Below are positions 1-10,055 of a DNA stretch of 64,000 bases, one piece after another (position 1 is the first letter of the stretch; each line of letters begins with the position of its first letter). The translations under genes were made by a program, and so were the position numbers. This DNA comes from an uncultured virus (IMG/VR IMGVR_UViG_3300033069_000905) (Duplodnaviria; Heunggongvirae; Uroviricota; Caudoviricetes), in IMG/VR virus record IMGVR_UViG_3300033069_000905, positions 62,001 through 126,000 of that record, one strand, 5' to 3'. Below the pieces are notes generated by a model. It was not told where the DNA came from and made no database searches. It saw only the letters and a program-made list of their open reading frames with translations.

Positions 1-1097
1 TTTGTTTCTGCTCTCCCCACATAGACAATAGTGCCTTGTGTTGTTACGTCATCAGCACCTGTCCTACCGTAGTTTAAATACCCCCCCACACATTGAGATG
101 CAACACCAAACTTTTCTGGTGTGGTGACAATAGAAGACCCTGAAAACGTGGGCTTTATACCCCTGACCAACTCCAAAGGAAGATTACAATTGACATTAAC
201 TGCAAACACAAGCCCCTTTGTGATAGGGTTCCCCCAATCAATTTGGGCTGTCCATTGGGGTTGTTGAGTAACTATTATTTTTCGTGATCCTGCCGTTGAT
301 GCTGTGGGGATGCTTCCTGAACTTGTGCCCAACAAGCGTGATTGACGAGTCAAAGCAGGGCCGCGAACTATGTCTATAACAGGAAGGCGTTTTTGGGGCG
401 CTTGATACATTAGCCACGGGTTAGCTACTAACCTAGCTCTCTCTGCTGCGGTTAGAAAGCGTTTCCATCTGTGGAAACTTATAATCTGGCCGTTAATTAA
501 ACCCCAACCCTCGCGGCATCCGATACGGGTATGCGCCCTTCCCGTAGCCCAGTTTAATCCACCAACAGTGGACACCACGTCACCGTTGAGGTCAACTGCG
601 GTTATATTACCCCCAGCCGCCCACATAAAAACAGTATAAGCACCCCCTACGGCGACTGTTTCTGTCGTTGCCCCAAAACCCCCACCATAGTCGTAGGCTA
701 ATTGCCCCGAGGAAGAAAAGTAAACATCAACGTTACCATCAAGTAAAAACGCCCCTGTATCGTCATATGCCCCACGTATCCCATGCAACATTACGGTTTG
801 TGGGTAATCACCACTGATTTCAGTCATACCTCCTATTGACGTACCGCTAGTAGTAGCGTTATACCCATTTCTAGCATAGCTACGCCCAACTCCAAGACGA
901 GTAGCGCGAAGGGTGTTCTCCGAATTTACGTTATGGTAGAGTATGCCTTCTCCGTAAGCAGGGTAAGTCGCCAGCGAAGGAAAAGCCGACGACAACCCTT
1001 CATTTATAGGATTGGATAGGTCAATCTGTGCATTACCCTGTGGTTGAGATGTACAAATCGCCAGAGGACGCAGCACTGAGCGTATCAGGCGGCTCAC
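1..1097 (-). CDS. Virion/tail-fibre-associated protein with tandem LamG/concanavalin A-like domains (runs off the left edge)
   Basis: Read manually from GTG at 1097 (MSRLIRSVLRP...). Same-frame internal repeat TSQPQGNAQIDLSNPINEGL / TQQPQWTAQIDWGNPITKGL; LamG-like end motif RFLTAAERARLVANPWL. Confidence 0.55.
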   Translation of the reverse strand, partial: MSRLIRSVLRPLAICTSQPQGNAQIDLSNPINEGLSSAFPSLATYPAYGEGILYHNVNSENTLRATRLGVGRSYARNGYNATTSGTSIGGMTEISGDYPQTVMLHGIRGAYDDTGAFLLDGNVDVYFSSSGQLAYDYGGGFGATTETVAVGGAYTVFMWAAGGNITAVDLNGDVVSTVGGLNWATGRAHTRIGCREGWGLINGQIISFHRWKRFLTAAERARLVANPWLMYQAPQKRLPVIDIVRGPALTRQSRLLGTSSGSIPTASTAGSRKIIVTQQPQWTAQIDWGNPITKGLVFAVNVNCNLPLELVRGIKPTFSGSSIVTTPEKFGVASQCVGGYLNYGRTGADDVTTQGTIVYVGRAET

Positions 1098-1106
1098 AGG
1101 TAAATC

Positions 1107-1592
1107 CTAGTTGTAATAAACTTCGGAGTACTTCGCTGCGTGACCAGAAGATGCGAGGTTAGCCCCTGTGTTGTTTTGGATAACCAGACCCCACTTACGC
1201 GGCATAATACCCCCGAAGGCGGCAGCAATGCTCATCGGTTCCGACTTGATGACAATGCTCGCTGTGTGGGCTTGGATTGTTCCGAGGAACTTCAGGTTGT
1301 TACCGTTGGCGGATAACGTCACTGAGCCATTACCGCCTCCCAATACTTCAGTCGTGGACGCCCCGCCCGGATAAGCGGTACCATCTTCTGAGCCAAAGGC
1401 ATAGATGGAGATATAGGTTGAAGCTGATGCGGTAATCGCCCCGATGCTTATTTCAACGTGAACCAAGGTATCTGTCGTGTTGTTACTGGTGCCTGTTGTT
1501 ACCACGTCACTCTGCACGGAACTTCCTGTTGCCAGAGAATTCAAGGCAGACGGAAGCGTTACAGTTTGCGAACTCGCGTAGTTAAGTGCCAT
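1107..1592 (-). CDS. Hypothetical virion protein (beta-rich)
   Basis: 161-aa ORF tightly packed in the tail-fibre operon; S/T/A/G rich. Confidence 0.6.
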   Translation of the reverse strand: MALNYASSQTVTLPSALNSLATGSSVQSDVVTTGTSNNTTDTLVHVEISIGAITASASTYISIYAFGSEDGTAYPGGASTTEVLGGGNGSVTLSANGNNLKFLGTIQAHTASIVIKSEPMSIAAAFGGIMPRKWGLVIQNNTGANLASSGHAAKYSEVYYN

Positions 1593-1593
1593 T

Positions 1594-2004
1594 TTAAACC
1601 CCTTCTTTCATTGCGCTAAAGCACTGTTCCCAACTTGCAAGGTCGGGAGAAACCCCCATAGTGGTTACATGGTCGTATTGTTCTTGGGTTAGTACATTGG
1701 TCGCCAGCAGCGCCCCCAACATCTGACCCACCAAAGGAATCGAGGTATCAATGTTGTTGTATCGCGCATTAGCTACGTCAATAACAGCTTCTGCCGCTGC
1801 TTTTGCGGGGTGATCCGTCGACGCTACTGTTTTTAGTGCCCACCAAACCCCTTGGGCTTGCAGGTAGGCTTGAACATCGGATATGGGAACTAGCTCAGTT
1901 TTAGTGCGCCCCGCGTTAACCTTCTCGGCAATAACGTGGTAATTCCCACCCGCTATTTCCTCTGGGGTGCACTTAGCCAGTATTTCATTTTTAGTGACGA
2001 GCAT
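1594..2004 (-). CDS. Hypothetical protein (tail-fibre region)
   Basis: 136-aa ORF, AGGA SD, 1-bp gap to the next gene. Confidence 0.6.
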   Translation of the reverse strand: MLVTKNEILAKCTPEEIAGGNYHVIAEKVNAGRTKTELVPISDVQAYLQAQGVWWALKTVASTDHPAKAAAEAVIDVANARYNNIDTSIPLVGQMLGALLATNVLTQEQYDHVTTMGVSPDLASWEQCFSAMKEGV

Positions 2005-2012
2005 GATTAGTC

Positions 2013-2804
2013 CTATTTAAGAGTTACAACAAGATCGAATAGAGCGCCACTACCTACAGCGCCTACCGTAATATAATCGCCAGAAATCACGGATAGGCTA
2101 ATGGAGCCTGACGATGTATAAGCTGCGGCACCAGAATAAACCAGTGTAGCAGAGGAAGAACCATTCTTATAAATGGTTATTGTGAATGATGTCAGTGCTG
2201 AAGATAACCCCACAATAATCGTTGTGTAGGTGGCTGACGCTGAAAAATAATAACGGGAAACACCTGTTAGGGGTGTAGCGTTTGAGCCGGGGAAGCTTGT
2301 CGTTATCGGTGCGGGGGCAGGGGCAGCAGAATAGGTATTCGCATAAGTGTCTGCTAGCTTCCAGTTAGTTGTCGCTGAGTTGTAAACTAAAAGAATGTAG
2401 GCTCCGTTTATGTTTGCGGATAGCCCCGTGGCACCCTCTATGGTATCTGCGCCGCCCGGAGAAACCAAAACGGGAGTTGTTCCGCAATAATTAGCGACAT
2501 CAAAAACGCCGACCACCGAACCATCTGCGGGGGTGGTTGGAAGCGTTACTGTAAAAGCACCGCCTGTGGAGTTAACTCGTACTACTGTGCCTACAGTTGG
2601 GCCGAAATTACTTGTTTTTATAGTGGTGTAGGTTAGACCCGCCCCGCTACCCGTAGCAGACAAGTCAACCCAAGTAGCCCCATCGCAATAGTACGGCTTC
2701 TTGTCGGACGATAATTCTGCCGTGACACCCTCTAGCCCAGCTACGGGTGTGGGTAGGGCGGTTACTTTAGGCAAAGACCTAAAGCCTAGAGTCTTCAAGG
2801 CCAT
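2013..2804 (-). CDS. Tail fibre-associated structural protein
   Basis: Motifs YYCDGATW and VNSTGGAFTVTLPTTPADG, typical of phage fibre proteins. Confidence 0.6.
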   Translation of the reverse strand: MALKTLGFRSLPKVTALPTPVAGLEGVTAELSSDKKPYYCDGATWVDLSATGSGAGLTYTTIKTSNFGPTVGTVVRVNSTGGAFTVTLPTTPADGSVVGVFDVANYCGTTPVLVSPGGADTIEGATGLSANINGAYILLVYNSATTNWKLADTYANTYSAAPAPAPITTSFPGSNATPLTGVSRYYFSASATYTTIIVGLSSALTSFTITIYKNGSSSATLVYSGAAAYTSSGSISLSVISGDYITVGAVGSGALFDLVVTLK

Positions 2805-2865
2805 TAAAAGCGTCCGTAAATAGGCTTACCCCTTATTGTATGGCGTAAGCTCTAGCTGTGCAAGA

Positions 2866-4017
2866 TTATGCCTGTACGACAGCACGGTACTGCGCTGTTG
2901 TAGGCGCAACGGCAAAAGTTAAGGTCGCTGTGTTGGTGGTCGGACGAGTAACTTCGCACTCTACGGTGTCCCAAGGTGTCGAAGCATTATACACTTCAAC
3001 CGATATGTCTTTGGTTCCCAAGTTGTGCGTAATCGTAATAGCGGTAGATGAGTTATCACCCACATCGACAGCGTACTTACGGACAACAACCGCAGTGTCA
3101 ATAGAGATACTGTCTGCGGCAACCGTGATGCCTGTACCCGAACCAACATCCAGTGTGTTACCTGTTTTGGTCAGACCAGAACCCGCAACAACAGAACCCG
3201 CACCAGAGAACTGCGCCCATGTTAGGGCTGTGCCCGAAGCACCGCCGACGATGATTGTTCCGTTGGTTGTGATCGTCCAGCCTGTATCAGCGTTCTGCGT
3301 ACCTTCTTCAACGAACACGAAGGCATTTGCAGTGAGTTCACCATCAGCATCGGCATCGGTAGCACGATCCCACACACCGTTAGCGCCGGAACCCAAAGTG
3401 CTAACAACGTAAATACCATTAGCAGAAGGTGTGCCGTGATCCTTTACCAGAATGCGATCAGAGCCAGCCAAGGTAACGCCGTCAATGGTATTCGGGCAAG
3501 CGGTCAACTGACCGCGTGTTGATGTGCCGCCTGAATTTGCGTAGGTACCTGCTGTCGCTGTGGTTGCTGCCCTGACTGAGCCTTTAACATCAAGACCCAT
3601 CGACAGATTATCAACGTAGGTCTTATTGACCGCATCCGTACCCGCCGAAGGGGCGAGCAAGTTAGTGATTTTTTGGGAGTTAAGAGAAACCGACGTTGTT
3701 GGGTTAGCCATTTGATCCAAACGGCTAGTACGCACTTGTGTATCGAAATCGGAAATCGTTGAGGCTAATTGCGTTCCTGTGTGGTTAGCACGGGCTAGCG
3801 GGTCAGTAGCTAGGTTAGCAAGTGGAATACCTGTTCGTTTGGTCGCATCCATCGACACCCAGATGGTGCCGTTGTAATATTCCATATCATGTGCTGTGGT
3901 ATTCGTGAAGATTTGACCTTCAACGGGGGAACCCGGTGCCGAAGCCAGCTTATGAACTAGCGTATTTTGTATTTCATTTTTGGTAAAGTCATAATTGACT
4001 AAAATCTTCTTTGCCAT
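2866..4017 (-). CDS. Tail fibre/structural protein
   Basis: KITNLLAPSAGTDAVNKTYVD neck motif; GLDVKGSVRAATT...IDGVTLAGSDRILVKD...NGIYVV...WDRATDAD domain; ITHNLGT C-terminal motif. Confidence 0.7.
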   Translation of the reverse strand: MAKKILVNYDFTKNEIQNTLVHKLASAPGSPVEGQIFTNTTAHDMEYYNGTIWVSMDATKRTGIPLANLATDPLARANHTGTQLASTISDFDTQVRTSRLDQMANPTTSVSLNSQKITNLLAPSAGTDAVNKTYVDNLSMGLDVKGSVRAATTATAGTYANSGGTSTRGQLTACPNTIDGVTLAGSDRILVKDHGTPSANGIYVVSTLGSGANGVWDRATDADADGELTANAFVFVEEGTQNADTGWTITTNGTIIVGGASGTALTWAQFSGAGSVVAGSGLTKTGNTLDVGSGTGITVAADSISIDTAVVVRKYAVDVGDNSSTAITITHNLGTKDISVEVYNASTPWDTVECEVTRPTTNTATLTFAVAPTTAQYRAVVQA

Positions 4018-4027
4018 GGTAAATCCC

Positions 4028-4582
4028 CTAGTTTAAATAAGCAGTCCCGCCAAACATTGCGCTAAAAGTGACATGAATTTCATTGCTTGACACGTACTTG
4101 AGTTCGCCTTCAACCTCATCACCGCTTGAGTCTATGATAGTAACAGACGGGTAACTACCTAAGCCGTGAACAATAATCCATGTGTCTGAAGCTATTGACT
4201 GCGTATGTGTATAGGATTCGCCCGACAAACCCGGAACATTTACCGTGACTGTTCCCGCACTGTTCGACGCAGATACACCCGAACCTGTGAAATTAATTGC
4301 AACAAGGGAGCTAACGAGCGTAGTCCCCTCGTCTTTGACGGTAACTACAGGGTTTCTCTCGGGGGTATAAATGCCCCCATCACTGCCGATGACGGATAGA
4401 TTGTTGGGATCGGTGGATAGTGATGCAGATGTTCCTGCATCCCCCTTATCACCTTTATCCCCTTTGATTCCCGGAATACCCCTTGGCCCTTGTTCTGCAT
4501 AAACAACAAGAGATGAGTCTTCTTCTTCAACAAAGACAACATCACGCGCCAGTGAAACAAGGACGGTTTCTTCGTTGGTCAT
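4028..4582 (-). CDS. Fibre protein with short collagen-like repeat
   Basis: GPRGIPGIKGDKGDKGDAG Gly-X-Y run; C-terminal WIIVHGLGSYPSVTIIDSSG domain. Confidence 0.65.
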   Translation of the reverse strand: MTNEETVLVSLARDVVFVEEEDSSLVVYAEQGPRGIPGIKGDKGDKGDAGTSASLSTDPNNLSVIGSDGGIYTPERNPVVTVKDEGTTLVSSLVAINFTGSGVSASNSAGTVTVNVPGLSGESYTHTQSIASDTWIIVHGLGSYPSVTIIDSSGDEVEGELKYVSSNEIHVTFSAMFGGTAYLN

Positions 4583-4590
4583 ACTGATCC

Positions 4591-4962
4591 TTACGGTAGA
4601 TCAGTGATTGTACGCGGGCCAGCGATGCTTCCGCGCATTAAAACTTCAGCGTCTTCTATTGTTCCCACAGGCCAGATCAATAAGTCCCACTGTGCAAAAT
4701 CAAAATCGTAAGACTCTGTTTCGGATCGTGGCACAGCAATGGAGATTCTGTTGGTGTCATCAAAGATTAGCTTGCCGTTCGTAGTACTCCAATCTGCATA
4801 AACAGGTTCATCACCCGCAGCAGAACGCAACTGTATGCGGCCAGCCTTCCCCGCAAGATCAATCGGGGTTTTAACACCCGCGTCGTCCTGAGAAAACCAG
4901 CGGAACGCCTTTTTATAGGCAGCACCGCGATAAATCGGAGGCAGTTTCACATTAAACGGCAT
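4591..4962 (-). CDS. Baseplate/fibre attachment protein (BppU-like N-terminal type)
   Basis: PIDLAGKAGRIQLR...WDLLI...LMRGSI pattern, common in the gene preceding fibre genes. Confidence 0.5.
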   Translation of the reverse strand: MPFNVKLPPIYRGAAYKKAFRWFSQDDAGVKTPIDLAGKAGRIQLRSAAGDEPVYADWSTTNGKLIFDDTNRISIAVPRSETESYDFDFAQWDLLIWPVGTIEDAEVLMRGSIAGPRTITDLP

Positions 4963-4967
4963 GGTTA

Positions 4968-5348
4968 TTAACCTTGGCTAGCCATAGCGTGAACTGTCAT
5001 GAAGGCTTTAACAGCACCCGAACCGCTAGTACGAACGGCACGCACAAAGTTAGGTGGAGTCTGCCAAGTCATCAAGAACCCTGTCGCCCCATTAGACCCA
5101 ACACTGGAATCCCATAGAACAATCCAAGCCGCATCTTTGTGGACTCGCCACTGGACTTGAACAACAGTGCCGCCCGGAACAGGATCAACTTGAAATGCCC
5201 CCGGCCATAGGGCATGGTAAGAATTATTAGAACTTGCGCCAATACCCGCTGCCGTGTCTAGGACGCATGCGGAAGGAACAGGATTAACTGCGGCTGAGTC
5301 CAGTGTAGCAAGACCCGCTAGGTTAGGTAAAACAATCGTATCGGCCAT
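4968..5348 (-). CDS. Hypothetical virion protein
   Basis: 126-aa ORF packed in the tail operon. Confidence 0.55.
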   Translation of the reverse strand: MADTIVLPNLAGLATLDSAAVNPVPSACVLDTAAGIGASSNNSYHALWPGAFQVDPVPGGTVVQVQWRVHKDAAWIVLWDSSVGSNGATGFLMTWQTPPNFVRAVRTSGSGAVKAFMTVHAMASQG

Positions 5349-5349
5349 A

Positions 5350-5577
5350 TCACACCTTGAATGAAGGGATTACGTTATCTGAGTCTTGCACTGACACCAC
5401 CGCGTTTCTTGAATCCAAATTAACAACTGAACCAAATGAAGCTGACCCTGCTTTTACTAGCTTTATTCCTGTTGCAGTTCTCACCATGGTTAGCGATCCT
5501 TGCGCACCTACAACTGTCCCCGGCGTGTTGTTTGCCGGTGGGGCTATCAGGTTACGAAGTGCCTCTAAGGGATTCAT
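5350..5577 (-). CDS. Small tail protein
   Basis: 75 aa; ATGA overlap with the upstream gene. Confidence 0.55.
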   Translation of the reverse strand: MNPLEALRNLIAPPANNTPGTVVGAQGSLTMVRTATGIKLVKAGSASFGSVVNLDSRNAVVSVQDSDNVIPSFKV

Positions 5578-5909
5578 GGAGATAAGTTTCCAACAAAGAA
5601 GTCAGTCGGTTTCAGCAAAGTTAATTCAGTAGTCAGCTTAGCATTCTGCACATGATGCTTGATGCCTGTTATTTTCGCATACCATGAGCTACCGAATAAT
5701 GTTTCTGTCACTTTAACTATCTGCCCTAAACGCAAGCCGGGACGAAACACCATCTCCACAGTAACAAGCTGACTGCCATGCGCCGAATCATCAAGCTCAT
5801 TTCTGCCGCGTTGAATGCATGCAGGTAGTTCAGAGAGAAGATTGCTGATAACCGCGTCATTGACACGGTGCCGACCTTCGCCACGGTAACAGCGGATAGA
5901 GTAGAACAT
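5574..5909 (-). CDS. Tail tip protein (hub C-terminal-like fragment)
   Basis: FRPGLRLGQIVKV...KITGIKH...TELTL resembles the C-terminal barrel of baseplate hubs. Confidence 0.5.
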   Translation of the reverse strand: MFYSIRCYRGEGRHRVNDAVISNLLSELPACIQRGRNELDDSAHGSQLVTVEMVFRPGLRLGQIVKVTETLFGSSWYAKITGIKHHVQNAKLTTELTLLKPTDFFVGNLSP

Positions 5910-6475
5910 TATGGATAGACTGGTGTAGCGATGCCGTAGAGAACCGCATGCACAGGCCAGCTAAAGACGGAGCCTGTTGGGGGAGCAGGAAGATTGCTGA
6001 ATTTACCAACCTGTGCGGTAGGTGAGTACTCAACAAAGACAAAAGCATAGGGGGGTTGTGCCGCAGGGTCGCCTGAGCCTACCCACGTGAGAAGTCGAGC
6101 TACCGTGGTGTTGGGGACGAAAGTAAACCCACCGCTTTGAAGATACAAAGCATTAAGTACGATCAAATTGGATGGGGCTGGCTTAGAGAAATTAGCAACA
6201 GGGGTAGAGAAGGATAGCCCCTCACGAACAATGTTATAACCAACCGAAAGACCCGGAACGTTGTGGCTAAAGCTACCCCCCGTAACGAAAGACCCCATGA
6301 TGGTCACGTTGATTGATTTGTAGATAAGTACGAAACAGTCATCGCCGGGGAAGTACTGAGAACGCCCACCATTTAAGCCATAAGGTCGGGAATCTATCTC
6401 CCCTTGGAGATGCCCCTCTCCCCCAGAGACACTACAGGATATGGTGGTTGTTACGGCATGTTGTTCTAGTGCCAT
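5909..6475 (-). CDS. Hypothetical tail tip protein
   Basis: 188-aa ORF in the tail operon with a 1-bp overlap. Confidence 0.55.
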   Translation of the reverse strand: MALEQHAVTTTISCSVSGGEGHLQGEIDSRPYGLNGGRSQYFPGDDCFVLIYKSINVTIMGSFVTGGSFSHNVPGLSVGYNIVREGLSFSTPVANFSKPAPSNLIVLNALYLQSGGFTFVPNTTVARLLTWVGSGDPAAQPPYAFVFVEYSPTAQVGKFSNLPAPPTGSVFSWPVHAVLYGIATPVYP

Positions 6476-6481
6476 GGTGGT

Positions 6482-8305
6482 CTACCTCAAGTAAGAGTTG
6501 AAAACCGTATCACGGACGCAAAGCTGTAGATGCGTTCCGCCCGGTGCCTTCAGTTTCCAAAGATGACAACGTGTGGTGTATTTTAACTTAAGCATACTGA
6601 ATCTAATGTTTAAATCGGATGTATAAAACGTCTTTGAGTAGTCTTGCATGATGATGCTACCCGCAGGTTCGGTGAGATACCCGTAACTCTGGATGGCACA
6701 CACAGGGTACCGTGCTGAACCTTGTGATCGAGTTATCTCTATAAGTTCCCACCCGAAATCTGGTGCTTGCCACTCATTAGGACGCCAATTTTCAATACCA
6801 AGGTACTCAAGTTCTACGTTTTTATTCGTGGTATATAGCTCAACGTTGTCCCGCCAAATAGCTGGGAAAACTCGAACAAAACCACCAGAGTAGGCTGTTC
6901 TACCATCGTCAAAATACCCTAAATCGCCCCCAACAGTTTCCACATCGAAGAACTCAATAACGTCAGCCACACCGATGTCTTGGAACGTCTTGACATAGAT
7001 GCTATCCGTCTTTTTGTTGGGTGAATGCCGCTCCTGCATGGACAGAATATCGTCAGAATCTAATAAAAAGTGGTCTGTCGTAGCATCTGAATACGTAGGA
7101 ACAGCAACAGGGTGCTTGTACCTAACTCTGATGTTACCTTCTGGCGTGGATTCAACGACACCGCCAACTGCTTCTGCAAGTAATTTCACTGAGTCTAGCG
7201 GGTATTGATTCTCCACACCGAAACGATAGGCGGGTAATCCCCAATCAAGAATCTCCCAAGACATATCGCCCGGTGGTGGGATGTAGCCAGAGCGATTTAT
7301 CGTGCTATCATAAACCAGAAGATTAGCAATTTCGTTCGCTGTCTTCGGTGTGTCTATCGTTATACCGATGATTTGTTTAGACTTTGCCCCCGTAAGCAGG
7401 GATGTTCTGGATAAGCCTCTAACAGTGGCGTGGGGGGCGGTTATATCTTTCCTGTCCATGGATCGACTGTCGACCACAAAGTAATAAATCTCGCCCTGAA
7501 TGTTCACATGGAATTCTTTGTTGGCTAAAAACTTTGGGAAATCAGCGTAGTTAGCCAGCGTAGCTTCACAAGAATAGGTGAAGTTTCCTTCATCCGCAGA
7601 TACCGTCATGTCTTTTACATAGACTAACTCGGAGTCAATAATGATGATAGGTTCTACAGGAATAATAGCAACACCCGTGACTAAGACAGACAAGTACTGC
7701 ACGTTTGCACGCTTAAATACCCTGTCTGTATCTTTCACTGAGTAATGCACCGATACCGACTTATACAACCTTGTGTAGTCGTAATAAGACACGGCATGGC
7801 TCACCGTGCAGTGGGCTAGTATCATGTACTGTGCGCTGTACCTCGCACTAACGCGAGTCCCCGTGAGGTAAGACAGGGGGTTGCTGGATACTACAGCGTC
7901 CCACCGTGAATAGCGAACACCGAACGAAACAGTCAGTCGAGACACCACTGGCCCCCATAGTGCCGCATAACTGGTCACCACAGGACTATACAAAGCGTTC
8001 TTCAGCGTCTTCCTACAAGCAACACGGTTGTAGGACGAATACAAAACGTCGCCGCTTTTGTTAACAGGAGAATAGAGCGCCCTATGAACTGTTTTTCTAA
8101 CAGAAAAGCGGACTAGCGCATTGTAACTTACGGGGGCACTTGCACTTACTCGTTCAGGGTAGCGCACGAACTTTCGCACGGACAGGCGCTTATCGTATAT
8201 CTGACTGGGGGTTTCTAGGTAATTCCAATCCTCGCTAACGTCCCATAACGTTGCGGGTTCTCCTACAGGAATGAGGATTAAGGAATCAACCGTGCTGGTG
8301 GTCAT
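6482..8305 (-). CDS. Baseplate hub/Tal-like tail protein
   Basis: 607 aa; LAEAVGGVVESTPEGNIRVRYK segment typical of hub proteins; position downstream of the tape measure. Confidence 0.5.
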   Translation of the reverse strand: MTTSTVDSLILIPVGEPATLWDVSEDWNYLETPSQIYDKRLSVRKFVRYPERVSASAPVSYNALVRFSVRKTVHRALYSPVNKSGDVLYSSYNRVACRKTLKNALYSPVVTSYAALWGPVVSRLTVSFGVRYSRWDAVVSSNPLSYLTGTRVSARYSAQYMILAHCTVSHAVSYYDYTRLYKSVSVHYSVKDTDRVFKRANVQYLSVLVTGVAIIPVEPIIIIDSELVYVKDMTVSADEGNFTYSCEATLANYADFPKFLANKEFHVNIQGEIYYFVVDSRSMDRKDITAPHATVRGLSRTSLLTGAKSKQIIGITIDTPKTANEIANLLVYDSTINRSGYIPPPGDMSWEILDWGLPAYRFGVENQYPLDSVKLLAEAVGGVVESTPEGNIRVRYKHPVAVPTYSDATTDHFLLDSDDILSMQERHSPNKKTDSIYVKTFQDIGVADVIEFFDVETVGGDLGYFDDGRTAYSGGFVRVFPAIWRDNVELYTTNKNVELEYLGIENWRPNEWQAPDFGWELIEITRSQGSARYPVCAIQSYGYLTEPAGSIIMQDYSKTFYTSDLNIRFSMLKLKYTTRCHLWKLKAPGGTHLQLCVRDTVFNSYLR

Positions 8306-8306
8306 A

Positions 8307-10055
8307 TTAGTACGTCAATTTAAGTCGTAGCGAGCTAGTGATGTTTTCAGGCAAGCCACTTGGCACCTGCCCAGACTTTATCACACGCTTCACCCATATA
8401 GGAACGCATTCGCCCGGAAGCAATGTGGACACCACAGCCGCTTCTAACTCAGAGTTGTGAAACGCGAAAGTTATTCCAACCGGAGCCGTGGTTTGATTCG
8501 CTATGGTTGGGTTAGCTGTCCCGTCCCTGTCATTAGTAATGATGCCCATCTGGATGTAGTTATCGTTGGCTGTTGAGCCTGTCAGGTAGTCGCAGTTATA
8601 GTCTGACCATAGTTTCAGTGTGGTAATGGTTTGTGTGGGGTGTGTGTTAACAAGGAAAAAACACTTGTACTCAATATCCCCAAGAAGCAGCTTGGACGCC
8701 GTTGCTTGGTCAAGAAGGGAGTACGCGGAGTAGTTGTACTTTACAACCTCAACGCCATTGTAATAAGGATCGTATAGCAGCCTGTTCGTTGTCACAGCTA
8801 CAGTACCACCATTAGTCGTGTACAGTGTGTAGACACCAGACGCTGTAGCTAGAACCTCTGCACCGAAATTAACCCCGTCACCTGATGCAGATAGGTAGGT
8901 GTATCTGTCAGGGTCTACGGCAGGGTACAGCCCTTGTACCAAAGGAACACCCGTGGGTGAATTTGTTCGTTGCTTTAGCGTTATGTCACTTAAAGAAACC
9001 AGACCCCCCAAACCGATAACGCGCACCCCTGTAATTTTTGACATGGGTAAAGCGTTAACTGGGGGTGGTTGTAGTTGTGTAGTCAAAGCGCCCCCAAGAC
9101 CAGACGCTGACATGTAGCGTCTTAGGTAAGAAGGGGAAAAGTCGAAAGTAAGGGCTACAGTTCCAGCGTAGGTCTTGTTGACCAAAGCCACGATTACAGT
9201 AAATACGAAAGCACTGCCGTCTTGGGCTACAGCCACAATATAGGGATAAGGACTGCTGGCGTCCGTCGCGCTAGTGTAGCTTGTTGCTGTGAATTGATAC
9301 TTCGTATCAGGTAGGTTTATTAGAGCGTTTGGCGGAACAACATACACAGGAGAACCAACCGTGCCGTCGTTTTTAACTATCATGACAGGGGTGCCTAAAT
9401 CAGCGTCTATCCCTGTTGCTGAATTGCTGGCAACCGCAACATAAATGTCGCCAGTTCCAACATCAACAGTCTGCTTCATCCACGAGTTTCCTATGGAGAA
9501 ACCGCTTGTTACGAGAGGAACCAACCCTGTTATTGGCGCGGCTACCGATACGCTCCTATTAAACGAAGACCAGTAGGCATTGTCAAACAAAGAGACTCCC
9601 GTATCCCTGTTCACCGTGCTGCTGTACACTGTTGCCAGAGGACTTGTTGCTGCGAAATTTATGCTTAGTGTTTCGGTTAACGACTGTTCAATACGCGCCA
9701 AAGGTGCAGTAGCAGTTTGGACAAAAGCAGCATAGCCAGAAGCGTTTGGGTTTATGCGCATCAGACAAACGGCACCTGCTCTGCTGTAAGCTATAACGCT
9801 GTAGGTATTTAAATTAGATGAGTAGGGCGTTGAAGGAACAGCAAAGACTGAATCTGACGACACTTGGGTTAGCATGTCCCCCGCTGTATCGGAAATCCAA
9901 AAGCGTATGGAATTTTCTGTGGGGAGATACGCCGCTTTAAGTTTCGGTGTTTGCGTAAATCCACGTAAAAACAACGGTTCCACAAAAGGCATCGTTGTGA
10001 ACTCTAAGGCGACTTGACTTCCAGCGAGTAATGTTGGTGCTATAGCCATTACCAT
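8307..10055 (-). CDS. Tail tip structural protein
   Basis: 582 aa; C-terminal EYKCFFLVN...VPIWVKRVI is paralogous to the 14859..15842 protein (KWRKMFYKL...VPLWIKRVV). Confidence 0.55.
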   Translation of the reverse strand: MVMAIAPTLLAGSQVALEFTTMPFVEPLFLRGFTQTPKLKAAYLPTENSIRFWISDTAGDMLTQVSSDSVFAVPSTPYSSNLNTYSVIAYSRAGAVCLMRINPNASGYAAFVQTATAPLARIEQSLTETLSINFAATSPLATVYSSTVNRDTGVSLFDNAYWSSFNRSVSVAAPITGLVPLVTSGFSIGNSWMKQTVDVGTGDIYVAVASNSATGIDADLGTPVMIVKNDGTVGSPVYVVPPNALINLPDTKYQFTATSYTSATDASSPYPYIVAVAQDGSAFVFTVIVALVNKTYAGTVALTFDFSPSYLRRYMSASGLGGALTTQLQPPPVNALPMSKITGVRVIGLGGLVSLSDITLKQRTNSPTGVPLVQGLYPAVDPDRYTYLSASGDGVNFGAEVLATASGVYTLYTTNGGTVAVTTNRLLYDPYYNGVEVVKYNYSAYSLLDQATASKLLLGDIEYKCFFLVNTHPTQTITTLKLWSDYNCDYLTGSTANDNYIQMGIITNDRDGTANPTIANQTTAPVGITFAFHNSELEAAVVSTLLPGECVPIWVKRVIKSGQVPSGLPENITSSLRLKLTY